This document shows, one piece after another, positions 17,306-25,167 of a stretch of DNA of 34,987 nucleotides; the stretch's first letter is position 1; every line of letters begins with the position of its first letter. Under the pieces are notes generated by a model. It had not been told where the DNA came from. It saw only the letters and a program-made list of their open reading frames with translations, and ran no database searches. The DNA comes from Oscillospiraceae bacterium (GTDB lineage Bacteria; Bacillota; Clostridia; Oscillospirales; Oscillospiraceae), in the NCBI GenBank assembly GCA_020866945.1, contig JAJBVW010000084.1, positions 1 through 34,987 of the forward strand, read 5' to 3'. A program made the translations under genes and the position numbers.

Positions 17306-18661
17306 ATGCCGTCCGGAGAGAGAGGGTATTTTTTGTTTACGAAAGCGCAGATAAAGGCCCTGCTCATTCCTTTGGTGATAGAGCAGGTGCTGACAGGGCT
17401 GATGGGCGTCGCGGATACGCTGATGGTCTCCAATGTGGGCGAGGCCGCCATATCCGGCGTGTCCCTGGTAGATGCCATCAACACCCTTGTCGTCTATTTC
17501 TTCTCCGCACTTGGCGCCGGCGGCACCATTGTCTGCGCCCAATATATTGGCCATGAGGAGCTGAACAAGGCAAACCTAGCCTCCCGACAGGTGCTGATTG
17601 CGGCGCTGGGTCTGGCGCTGTTTCTCAGCGTGACCCTGGCGAGCCTGCGCGGGCCAATTCTGCGGCTGATTTTCGGCTCCGTAGAGGCGGACGTTTTGGC
17701 GGCAGCCGATGTATATTTTCTGGTGACTGCCTTGAGCTATCCCTTTTTGGGTCTGTATTCCGTCAGCGCGGCGCTGCACCGGGCCACCGGCAACTCCAAG
17801 CGGCCTATGATTGTGGCAGCCGTGGCGGACGGAGTCAATATCGTCGGCAATGCCATTTTGATTTTTGCCTGCGGGCTGGGTGTGCTCGGCGCGGCGCTGT
17901 CCGCACTGTTCAGCCGCATTTTGTGCTCTGTGGTAATGCTGTATTTCCAAAGCCGCCCCGGGCAGGTCATTACACTGGGCCGGCTTCGGGATTTTCGGCT
18001 GGATGGCGCCATGATGAAGCGCATCATTCGCATCGGTTTGCCCACCGCCGTGGAAAACAGTATGTTCCAATTCGGCAAGCTGGTGGTACAAAGCACCGTG
18101 GCCAGCCTTGGGACAACCGCCATCGCAGCCCAGGCCATCGTCTCTACGCTGGAAAACTTTGGTTCCATGCCGGCCATGGCCATTGGCACCGGCCTTCTCA
18201 CGGTGGTGGGGCAATGCCTTGGGCGGGGCCAGACGGAAGAGGCCAAGCGATATATGACCTACTTCACCAAAATATCCACCGGAGTCATCCTGCTGACCAG
18301 CGTGCTGCTGTCCGTTTCAGTGCCGGTCGTCGTTCGGTTCACTGCGCTCAGCGCCGAAGGCGCGCGGCTTGCCTGCCAGCTGATATGGTTCAGCTCCGTT
18401 TTGAAGGTATTCACCTGGCCCTGCGCCTTCACACTTCCCAACGGTCTTCGAGCCTCCGGGGATGTATCCTATACCATGTGGGTCAGCGGCATCAGTATGT
18501 GGGTATTCCGCGTGGCGTTGAGCTGGTTTTTGTGCCGCGCTACCTCCATCGGCCTCTGGGGCGTGTGGATAGGCTGGTGCGTAGACTGGCTGTTCCGAGA
18601 AATCTGCTTTGTCGCGCGCTATCGCAGCGACAAATGGCTGGGGAAAAAGGTGCTTGAATAG
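17306..18661 (+). CDS. MATE-family efflux transporter
   Basis: About 12 predicted TM segments. MatE signature near the N-terminus (ALLIPLVIEQVLTGLMGVADTLMVS). Alternative TTG start at 17333 with a better RBS (GGAGAGAGAGGG). Confidence 0.85.
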   Translation: MPSGERGYFLFTKAQIKALLIPLVIEQVLTGLMGVADTLMVSNVGEAAISGVSLVDAINTLVVYFFSALGAGGTIVCAQYIGHEELNKANLASRQVLIAALGLALFLSVTLASLRGPILRLIFGSVEADVLAAADVYFLVTALSYPFLGLYSVSAALHRATGNSKRPMIVAAVADGVNIVGNAILIFACGLGVLGAALSALFSRILCSVVMLYFQSRPGQVITLGRLRDFRLDGAMMKRIIRIGLPTAVENSMFQFGKLVVQSTVASLGTTAIAAQAIVSTLENFGSMPAMAIGTGLLTVVGQCLGRGQTEEAKRYMTYFTKISTGVILLTSVLLSVSVPVVVRFTALSAEGARLACQLIWFSSVLKVFTWPCAFTLPNGLRASGDVSYTMWVSGISMWVFRVALSWFLCRATSIGLWGVWIGWCVDWLFREICFVARYRSDKWLGKKVLE

Positions 18662-18684
18662 CTAACATACTGCCAAATAATAAT

Positions 18685-18736
18685 GCTCCCTCCATGCTTG
18701 ACAGCGTTGTTATCGCTGTCTCTCCATGGAGGGAGC
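18685..18736. terminator. Composite hairpin / bidirectional terminator between convergent genes
   Basis: 12-bp outer stem GCTCCCTCCATG...CATGGAGGGAGC enclosing an inner hairpin GACAGCG...CGCTGTC. A/T-rich flanks on both sides. Confidence 0.55.
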
Positions 18737-18779
18737 TATTACATTTTGGGACGTTATTTGCTGCGGAATAGGCTTCTTT

Positions 18780-19112
18780 TTATTCCTGAACCTCTGCGGT
18801 CTCAGGTTCGGCAGGGGATTCCTCGGCGGCAGCCTCAGGGGCGGAAGCCTCGGCGGGCGCGGCCTCATCAAAGACGACCAGGTCGTCCTCGACCTCCTTG
18901 CCGGCGTTTTCGTCGATGTGCAGCACATTCATGGCCTTTTTCTTCGCCTTCCGCCAGGCCACGCCGATGACCGCGCCGGCCACAACCACCACGCCTACAA
19001 CAGCCTGAATCGCAAAGGTCGTGACAGAGGGGTCAACATAGGAGGCGCACGCAGGCACCATCAGCAGCAGGGCAAAGCAGAGCGTGTAAAAGACAGTCCG
19101 AATCGTTTTCAA
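18780..19112 (-). CDS. Small membrane protein with an acidic C-terminal tail
   Basis: N-terminal hydrophobic signal/anchor (FYTLCFALLLMVPACAS), a second TM (FAIQAVVGVVVVAGAVIGVAW) followed by RKAKKK, then an E/A/P-rich tail. Confidence 0.6.
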   Translation of the reverse strand: MKTIRTVFYTLCFALLLMVPACASYVDPSVTTFAIQAVVGVVVVAGAVIGVAWRKAKKKAMNVLHIDENAGKEVEDDLVVFDEAAPAEASAPEAAAEESPAEPETAEVQE

Positions 19113-19227
19113 GAGTTTGTCCTTCTTTCTTATGGATTGTGTATAAGTATATCATTGATATAGCATTTTCGCAAGCCATATTTCTGCGAAAGACAGAATA
19201 AACCATCAGCACTCCCACGAAATGGCA

Positions 19228-20007
19228 TCAGGTCACATAGGTTTTATCCAGCGCCTTCAGCTCATCCAGCGTATCTATCTCCTGGATGTCTGAAAAGGCA
19301 CAGGGGCGGACGCGGACAGTATAGTGGTCGTGAAAGATATTGAGTGGAACGGCCTCAAAAAACGCCTGACGATTTTCCTCCCGCTGGAAGGCAGCGGGGA
19401 GATCCTCCCCCAGGCGGCGGCCGTCCTCTTCTGACCAGTAGGAGACGCCGAACATATGACAGCAGTCATCCCCGCCCTTTTGGACGCACTGGATAACCCC
19501 GTCCTTTACGGGAAAGCACCAATCGTCCGTGTGAGCCACCGGTACGCCCAGGAAGTTTGAGCTATATTGATATTTGCAGATAAGGCCGGGATTTTGCAGC
19601 AACAGGTCAGCCTCGAACACATAAGCGTTTTGCAGGTACTCCGACGCCTGGAGAATGGAGGAGATGTTATTTGTCTCGTCATAGAGTGGGTTTTCAATGA
19701 ACTGTATCATGGGATACTCTTCCAGCAGCGAATTAAACGCCTCCCCCATATAGCCACGGACGAGATATATCTCCTCTATCCCGGCAGCCAGCACCGCATC
19801 CAGCAGCGACGCTATGATGGGACGTCCGAACACCGGAATCAGGGGCTTGGGAGTCGTCAGCGTCAGCGGCGCGAGACGGCTGCCGAAGCCCGCCGCCATA
19901 AACACAGCCCGCCTGGCGCGGTATGGCTCCAGTGCGGCCAGCTCCGCCGCCGTGGCGATCCCCTGCCGCTCTTTTTCTGCCAGGGCATTAAACTCCTGTT
20001 CCGTCAT
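19228..20007 (-). CDS. licC: LicC-type cytidylyltransferase (phosphocholine or phospho-aminoalcohol)
   Basis: AVFMAAGFGSRLAPLTLTTPKPL (G-x-G-x-R-L nucleotide loop), ETNNISSILQA and a C-terminal IQEIDTLDELKALD, all parallel to S. pneumoniae LicC motifs. The start overlaps the licA stop by 4 nt. Confidence 0.75.
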   Translation of the reverse strand: MTEQEFNALAEKERQGIATAAELAALEPYRARRAVFMAAGFGSRLAPLTLTTPKPLIPVFGRPIIASLLDAVLAAGIEEIYLVRGYMGEAFNSLLEEYPMIQFIENPLYDETNNISSILQASEYLQNAYVFEADLLLQNPGLICKYQYSSNFLGVPVAHTDDWCFPVKDGVIQCVQKGGDDCCHMFGVSYWSEEDGRRLGEDLPAAFQREENRQAFFEAVPLNIFHDHYTVRVRPCAFSDIQEIDTLDELKALDKTYVT

Positions 20008-20912
20008 ACCGTTCCCTCCTGGAAAAGCCGCTCAAGGCTCTCCCTTGCGTATCGGACGCCAAGCTGGGCGTAATCCTGATAAAAAATCCTGTCCTGCGGC
20101 TCCATCTTTGTTTTGAATACCGACCAGGTGCCCCACATGATAGCGGCACTGGCGCACATGGCAAACAGCTTTCTGCGCTCTGCCGATGTGGACGGCCTCT
20201 CTAAATACAGCTCCAGCAAATGAACGCACGCCTCCGCCGGTAAATCTCCATCGTGGCAAAAATCCCCTAAATCCTCCATGGGGTCGCTGATGCTCGCGTA
20301 TTCCCAGTCAATCAGCACAGGCTCCCGTCCATGCGGAAACAGAAAGTTATGGGGCAGACAGTCTCCATGGACAAGCTGGAACTGACTGCCGTCACCATAA
20401 TAGGCCGGGCATACAGACAGCACCCGCTCCCGCACGGGCCAATACTCAGCGGGGTAAAACGACTCTCCCTCCACGTCCTTCACACACTGGATGTAATATT
20501 CCATCCTGTCCAGGGCAGTGTTCTGCCGTTCACCCTTTATTTTCAAGCCATGAAAGCGTCGCAGCAGGGCCATCCCCCGGCGCAGCTCCCCCTCGTCGGC
20601 GGTATTTATCACATGACTTTCTGGGTAATATACCGTCACACGAATGCCGGTGTCCGGCTCAAAGTAGCACACCTCGTCGGTAATATGCTCGTCCTTCAGC
20701 CGAGCATACAGTGCACACTCCGCGCGGCGGTCACAGAACATCTCCGTTCCCCGCCCGGGCAGGCGAAGCATATAGTCCCCCACCGTGGTGCGGAACACAT
20801 AGGTATCGTTTGTGATGCCCCGCCCCGGGTTATTGTACGCCTCCAAAACCTGCTCCTGACGCAGATTCATAGCCCGAAGGAATATTTCCGTTGTCCTCTC
20901 ATCCACTGACAT
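20004..20912 (-). CDS. licA: Choline/ethanolamine-kinase family protein (LicA-like)
   Basis: Brenner motif LVHGDCLPHNFL and choline-kinase motif LIDWEYASISDPMEDLGDF. Confidence 0.75.
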   Translation of the reverse strand: MSVDERTTEIFLRAMNLRQEQVLEAYNNPGRGITNDTYVFRTTVGDYMLRLPGRGTEMFCDRRAECALYARLKDEHITDEVCYFEPDTGIRVTVYYPESHVINTADEGELRRGMALLRRFHGLKIKGERQNTALDRMEYYIQCVKDVEGESFYPAEYWPVRERVLSVCPAYYGDGSQFQLVHGDCLPHNFLFPHGREPVLIDWEYASISDPMEDLGDFCHDGDLPAEACVHLLELYLERPSTSAERRKLFAMCASAAIMWGTWSVFKTKMEPQDRIFYQDYAQLGVRYARESLERLFQEGTV

Positions 20913-20930
20913 AGGCAGCGTTTCCTTATC

Positions 20931-22508
20931 TCATATAAACGCCCGGCGGAAAAGCCGGTTGTGGATGCTGCGGCGAAGAAGTCCCAGCACACCTGGCGTT
21001 TTGCCGTCATATTTTTTCCCGGCAAGATACAGCGCCTGAATCTGAATAGTCCGAATATCAGGTGCGGTCAGTGGGTCATCGCTCAAAACCACAAAGTCCG
21101 CAATCTTTCCTTCCGTCAAGCTGCCCCGTTCATGCTCGTCAAAGCTCATATACGCCGGGTTGTAGGTTATCATTCGCAGCGCATCCAGCCGTTCCATCCT
21201 CGCCTCTGCGTCGGGGTGAGAAACAGCGTTCGCCATGGCTGCCAGAGGATTCGGCATGGTGCATGGGCCGTCCGACCCGTCCCCCATTACCACGCCCCGG
21301 CGCTGGAGCTGTCCCAAGGGATTTAAGGCCCCGGCCCGCTCCGGGCCGAGTATCCTGTCCAAATATTCCTGAGGCTCCTGCTTCCAGAAGATAAAGGGCG
21401 ACTGCACCGCCACGCACAGCTTCAGTCTTGCGATACGGTCAAGCTGCTCAGGTGTGGCCATGCAGCAATGTATCAGCACATGACGGGCATCCTCCCTCGG
21501 ATAATCCGCCATCGCGGCCTCATAGGCTGTGACTGCCTGCTCCACCGCACGGTCTCCAATGGCGTGCATGGCAATCTGCAGACCCATGCGATTCGCCCGA
21601 ATGACAAAGTCGTTTATCTCCTCCTGGCTATAATACAGAACACCGACATTATTGGGGTCATTCGCATAGGGGCTTGTTAGGGCCGCATCCTCCGAACCAA
21701 AGCAGCCATCCAGCGCGAGCTTGAAGCAGCCGCCCACACGGGGGAACTTCCGCTTTTTCACAGCCTCCAAATCCATGGTCTGAAAAAATATGCGGTACGC
21801 CTGGGGCAGACCGGGGGCAAGAATATTTATCATGTCCACATCCAAATCGCCGGTGTAGCCCACACCCTCAACATTATGGACAAGGCCAATCCCCACGTCC
21901 GCCAGCGCCTTCGCCCCTTTGGAAAGGCCCCGCACCACGTCCAGGATAGGTATTTTTGCCGTTACCTCGTTCACGCCCTTATAAAAGGCGTTCTGATACA
22001 GCCAGCCGCTCTCTCCGTCATAGCCGGGGTCGTTTTTCACCTCGTCCGTCAGCAGGGACAGCATGGCGCTGTTGCAAACGGCGGCATGGCCGTCATATTT
22101 CACCACCATAAGAGGCCGGTCTGTCCAGCTGTCCATATCGGCCCGCTCCGGCAGACGCCCCTCCCGAACCGTATGGGCGGAGCAGCCATAGCCCATCAGC
22201 ACCTTGGCCCTGGGATGGGCATCCGCGTAAGCCCGCACGATGGCCGCATCCTCGTCAAAGCTCTCTGCATCCATGAGATAGAAAGTCTGCTGGAAGGTGG
22301 CAAAGGACTCAAAATGGATATGCGTGTCCGCGAAGGCTGGCGTCACCGCCGCCCCCTGAAGGTCAACGACCCTGGCCCTCTGACAGGATGCCGGCAGATT
22401 TTCCGGGCTGCCGACCCATACAATGCGGCCCTTATCCACCGCCATGGCGGAAAAAAATCTGTTTTCCGGCTCGCAGGAAATAAACCTGGCGTTTTTATAT
22501 ACAACCAT
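20931..22508 (-). CDS. Amidohydrolase-family metal-dependent hydrolase (Amidohydro_3 / YtcJ-like)
   Basis: 525 aa. HxH metal motif in FADTHIHF. Later HAIGD and VLIHC histidines and the DG-S-DGP region are typical of the family. Confidence 0.75.
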   Translation of the reverse strand: MVVYKNARFISCEPENRFFSAMAVDKGRIVWVGSPENLPASCQRARVVDLQGAAVTPAFADTHIHFESFATFQQTFYLMDAESFDEDAAIVRAYADAHPRAKVLMGYGCSAHTVREGRLPERADMDSWTDRPLMVVKYDGHAAVCNSAMLSLLTDEVKNDPGYDGESGWLYQNAFYKGVNEVTAKIPILDVVRGLSKGAKALADVGIGLVHNVEGVGYTGDLDVDMINILAPGLPQAYRIFFQTMDLEAVKKRKFPRVGGCFKLALDGCFGSEDAALTSPYANDPNNVGVLYYSQEEINDFVIRANRMGLQIAMHAIGDRAVEQAVTAYEAAMADYPREDARHVLIHCCMATPEQLDRIARLKLCVAVQSPFIFWKQEPQEYLDRILGPERAGALNPLGQLQRRGVVMGDGSDGPCTMPNPLAAMANAVSHPDAEARMERLDALRMITYNPAYMSFDEHERGSLTEGKIADFVVLSDDPLTAPDIRTIQIQALYLAGKKYDGKTPGVLGLLRRSIHNRLFRRAFI

Positions 22509-22548
22509 GCCTGACCCTCCCCCACGGAAATTCCGTCAAAATTAAAAT

Positions 22549-24354
22549 TTACAGTTTTATTTTTTCCAGCGCCTGATACAGCGCCTCATTGTCCGCCTCA
22601 TCCCGGACAGCCACGCGGATGAAATCCGCTCCGCCGAAGCCGTTTTTGGTGGACAGGTCTTTGATAAGCAGATTATCGTCCCGCAGAAGACGGTTTGCAA
22701 GCTCCTTGGAGCCAATGCCCTCCACGCGGCACATAATATAGTTTGCCTGGGACGGATAGGGCGTCAGGAAGGCGTATGCTCCCAGCCGCTCCTCCATTTT
22801 TTCCCGCTGGCGGACGATTTTGTTGCAGGCAGTTCTGTACTCCCCGCTGTAAAGGCCTACAATCTGGAAGAAATATTCTCCAAAGGAGTTGATATTCCAG
22901 ATGGGCAACAGTCCGCGGAGCTGCTCCATCCAGGCCGTATTGCCACTGGCGGCCACGCCCAGACGCAGCCCCGGCACTCCGTAGGATTTGCTGATGCTCT
23001 TAATGACCATCAGGTTCGGATAGGCATCCAAAATATCGTTATCCAGCAGCGTAAAGCGCAGCGGCGCCTCTGCAAAGTCCACAAAGGACTCGTCCACCAC
23101 AAAGGTCGTGCCATGCTCCCGGCAGATGTCGGCCAGCTCCAAAATTTCCTCGCGCTTCAAAAAGCTGCCGCTGGGGTTATCGGGATTGATGATGACAAGA
23201 TTATCCATCTCCGCCGCTGCTTTGCGAAGGGCGGACATATCAAACTGGAAGCCATAGTCTCTGGCCTGGATGGGAACGATCTCGCAGTCCGGGAAGCAGC
23301 GGACATATTCGTTGAAAGCAGGAATAGAAAGGCCCGTCCGGCCCCGCATGGTGCGGCCCAGGGTGTTGATAAGCTCCGCCGCCCCGTTCCCGACCAGGAC
23401 AAGTTCGTCCCGTATGCCGAACATCTTGCCCGCCATCAGCTTTTGCACATACATCCCGGACGGGTAGCTAGTGAGAAGCTGGGAATAGGAATACTGCATC
23501 TGCTCCAGCATTTTCTTCGGAGGAAAATAGGGATTCACCAGATAGCAGAAGTCCTTCAGCCCGTCAAACCGCCAATAGCCGCCGAAGTGCAGTTCGTAAG
23601 CGTGGAGCCTGTCCTCATCTCTGGCAAAAATGGTATTGGCAATGTCCAAATCCTGCACATCGTCTATCTCGTACCATTTCAAATCGCCCATCTTAAAGGC
23701 CCGCAGGCCGGCAAACGGCAGATGGGCCAGGGCTTTCAGCACCATTTCATAATACTGGTTGGCCCCATATGCCTGGAGATAGGACATCATGAACGGCACA
23801 TACTGCCGGGTGGAAAACTCCCGGCTGAATTTATACACGTTCACGGTTTTATAGTAGGTGTCCGCGCTGGCGAAACTGAAATCCTTTTTCTCGATAAACT
23901 CCCGGATAAGGCCGTCTTCGTCCACCAGGGTAACGGTGCCGTCCATCCACTGCTCGTACTTCGCCACGGCCACCATGTTCGGCTCCGGGGCCTCCACCAG
24001 ACGGCGTATCAGGCTGGGGTCATAAATCAGGTCAGATTCCAGCAGGACGGTATCATCCGCCATCAGCTCCTCCCGCGCCAGATACAGAGAATAAATATTA
24101 TTCGTGGTGGCATAGTCCGGGTTTTCCACAAAGACAAGGTCAAAGTCGCTGAGCTTTTCCCGGGCAAAGGCTTTTAGCTTTTCCCCCTCATAACCCACCA
24201 CAATGACAAAACGCCGGATGCCCGCCTGGCGCAGGGCCTCCGCCGCGTGCTCCAGGAGAGTATAGCCCCCCACCTTCACCATGCACTTGGTCTGGTTGTT
24301 CGTATAGGCCCCCAGGCGCTTTCCCATCCCGGCAGCCAGCATCAATGCCTGCAT
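22549..24354 (-). CDS. Fusion protein: N-terminal LicC-type cytidylyltransferase plus C-terminal class I/II PLP enzyme (HisC/CobD-like aminotransferase or decarboxylase)
   Basis: The first ~250 aa carry MLAAGMGKRL, TNNIYSLYLAREEL and WYEIDDVQDLDIA, close parallels to LicC. The C-terminal ~350 aa carry NPDNPSG, DESFVDF and the PLP-lysine motif SISKSYGVPGLRLG. Confidence 0.8.
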   Translation of the reverse strand: MQALMLAAGMGKRLGAYTNNQTKCMVKVGGYTLLEHAAEALRQAGIRRFVIVVGYEGEKLKAFAREKLSDFDLVFVENPDYATTNNIYSLYLAREELMADDTVLLESDLIYDPSLIRRLVEAPEPNMVAVAKYEQWMDGTVTLVDEDGLIREFIEKKDFSFASADTYYKTVNVYKFSREFSTRQYVPFMMSYLQAYGANQYYEMVLKALAHLPFAGLRAFKMGDLKWYEIDDVQDLDIANTIFARDEDRLHAYELHFGGYWRFDGLKDFCYLVNPYFPPKKMLEQMQYSYSQLLTSYPSGMYVQKLMAGKMFGIRDELVLVGNGAAELINTLGRTMRGRTGLSIPAFNEYVRCFPDCEIVPIQARDYGFQFDMSALRKAAAEMDNLVIINPDNPSGSFLKREEILELADICREHGTTFVVDESFVDFAEAPLRFTLLDNDILDAYPNLMVIKSISKSYGVPGLRLGVAASGNTAWMEQLRGLLPIWNINSFGEYFFQIVGLYSGEYRTACNKIVRQREKMEERLGAYAFLTPYPSQANYIMCRVEGIGSKELANRLLRDDNLLIKDLSTKNGFGGADFIRVAVRDEADNEALYQALEKIKL

Positions 24355-24365
24355 AGCAAATCCTC

Positions 24366-25163
24366 TCAGTCCTCTCGAATCAACCGGGCGTACAGGCCCA
24401 AAAAGTCGTAGCCCATCTTGTGATGCAGGGACAGGGTGTTCTCGTTATCAGCGCCTAAATAGGCAAGCCCCCGCTTTCCCTCCGTCAGCACCAGATTCCA
24501 GGTGCTTGCAGTAATGGCCCGGCCCAGGCCGTGTCCGCGCATTTCCGTGTCCGTCACAAGACCGCTGATAACGGCAAGCTCCTCCGTCTCCGCGCTGGTG
24601 GCGTTGGTGGCTACCAGCCGTCCCCCCGGCTCCCGCATGACGAATAGACGGCCAAAGCCGCTGTCAATGCGATTTTCCAACTGCTCGCACAGGCTCTCAT
24701 AGGTGTACACGGAGTTGTAGATAGGCTCCTTCATCATCAGCCGGGCAATCTCCGGCACGTCCGCCTTGCCCGCCTGCTGGACGGACAGATCGGATTTCCC
24801 GTCCATCAGCTTGTCCGTGGTGATAATGTGGCTCAGCTCATAGGCGTATGTATCCTTCGTCTTTCCCTTCAATGGGTCGATGCTCCGCTGCTCCCCTGTA
24901 ACGCACTTGGGGTGCAGCTGCTCAATCATGGCCAGCGCCTCCCGCTGGGGAAACACGTCCCGGCTGTAAAGGTGCAGGGTGTCAAAATAGCGGTACATGA
25001 CTCCGTCTATCCGATCGCCCTCCCCGCACATCCAAAGGCCCACATCCGGCCCCTGGGCGCCGTATTCCTTCATGTCCATATACAGGTAAAAGCACTTGTA
25101 CTTATCCTCGCCAATGTAGTCTATCACCTGTGGGATATATGAGTTATCACATTGAATCATCAT
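24366..25163 (-). CDS. GNAT-family N-acetyltransferase
   Basis: Acetyl-CoA motif A region VISGLVTDTEMRGHGLGRAI. Start set at MMIQCDN, 4 nt after the upstream stop. The tracked ORF would overlap the upstream gene by 155 nt. Confidence 0.65.
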   Translation of the reverse strand: MMIQCDNSYIPQVIDYIGEDKYKCFYLYMDMKEYGAQGPDVGLWMCGEGDRIDGVMYRYFDTLHLYSRDVFPQREALAMIEQLHPKCVTGEQRSIDPLKGKTKDTYAYELSHIITTDKLMDGKSDLSVQQAGKADVPEIARLMMKEPIYNSVYTYESLCEQLENRIDSGFGRLFVMREPGGRLVATNATSAETEELAVISGLVTDTEMRGHGLGRAITASTWNLVLTEGKRGLAYLGADNENTLSLHHKMGYDFLGLYARLIRED

Positions 25164-25167
25164 CGCT

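Noticed and set aside
23113-24177. 354-aa plus-strand ORF
   Set aside because: It is an antisense shadow of the LicC-PLP fusion gene.
22549-24354. Cobalamin-pathway reading of the fusion (CobD-like decarboxylase plus CobY-like nucleotidyltransferase)
   Set aside because: The N-terminal domain matches LicC-specific motifs rather than MobA/CobY-like ones. The neighbourhood is entirely envelope biosynthesis, with no cbi/cob genes.
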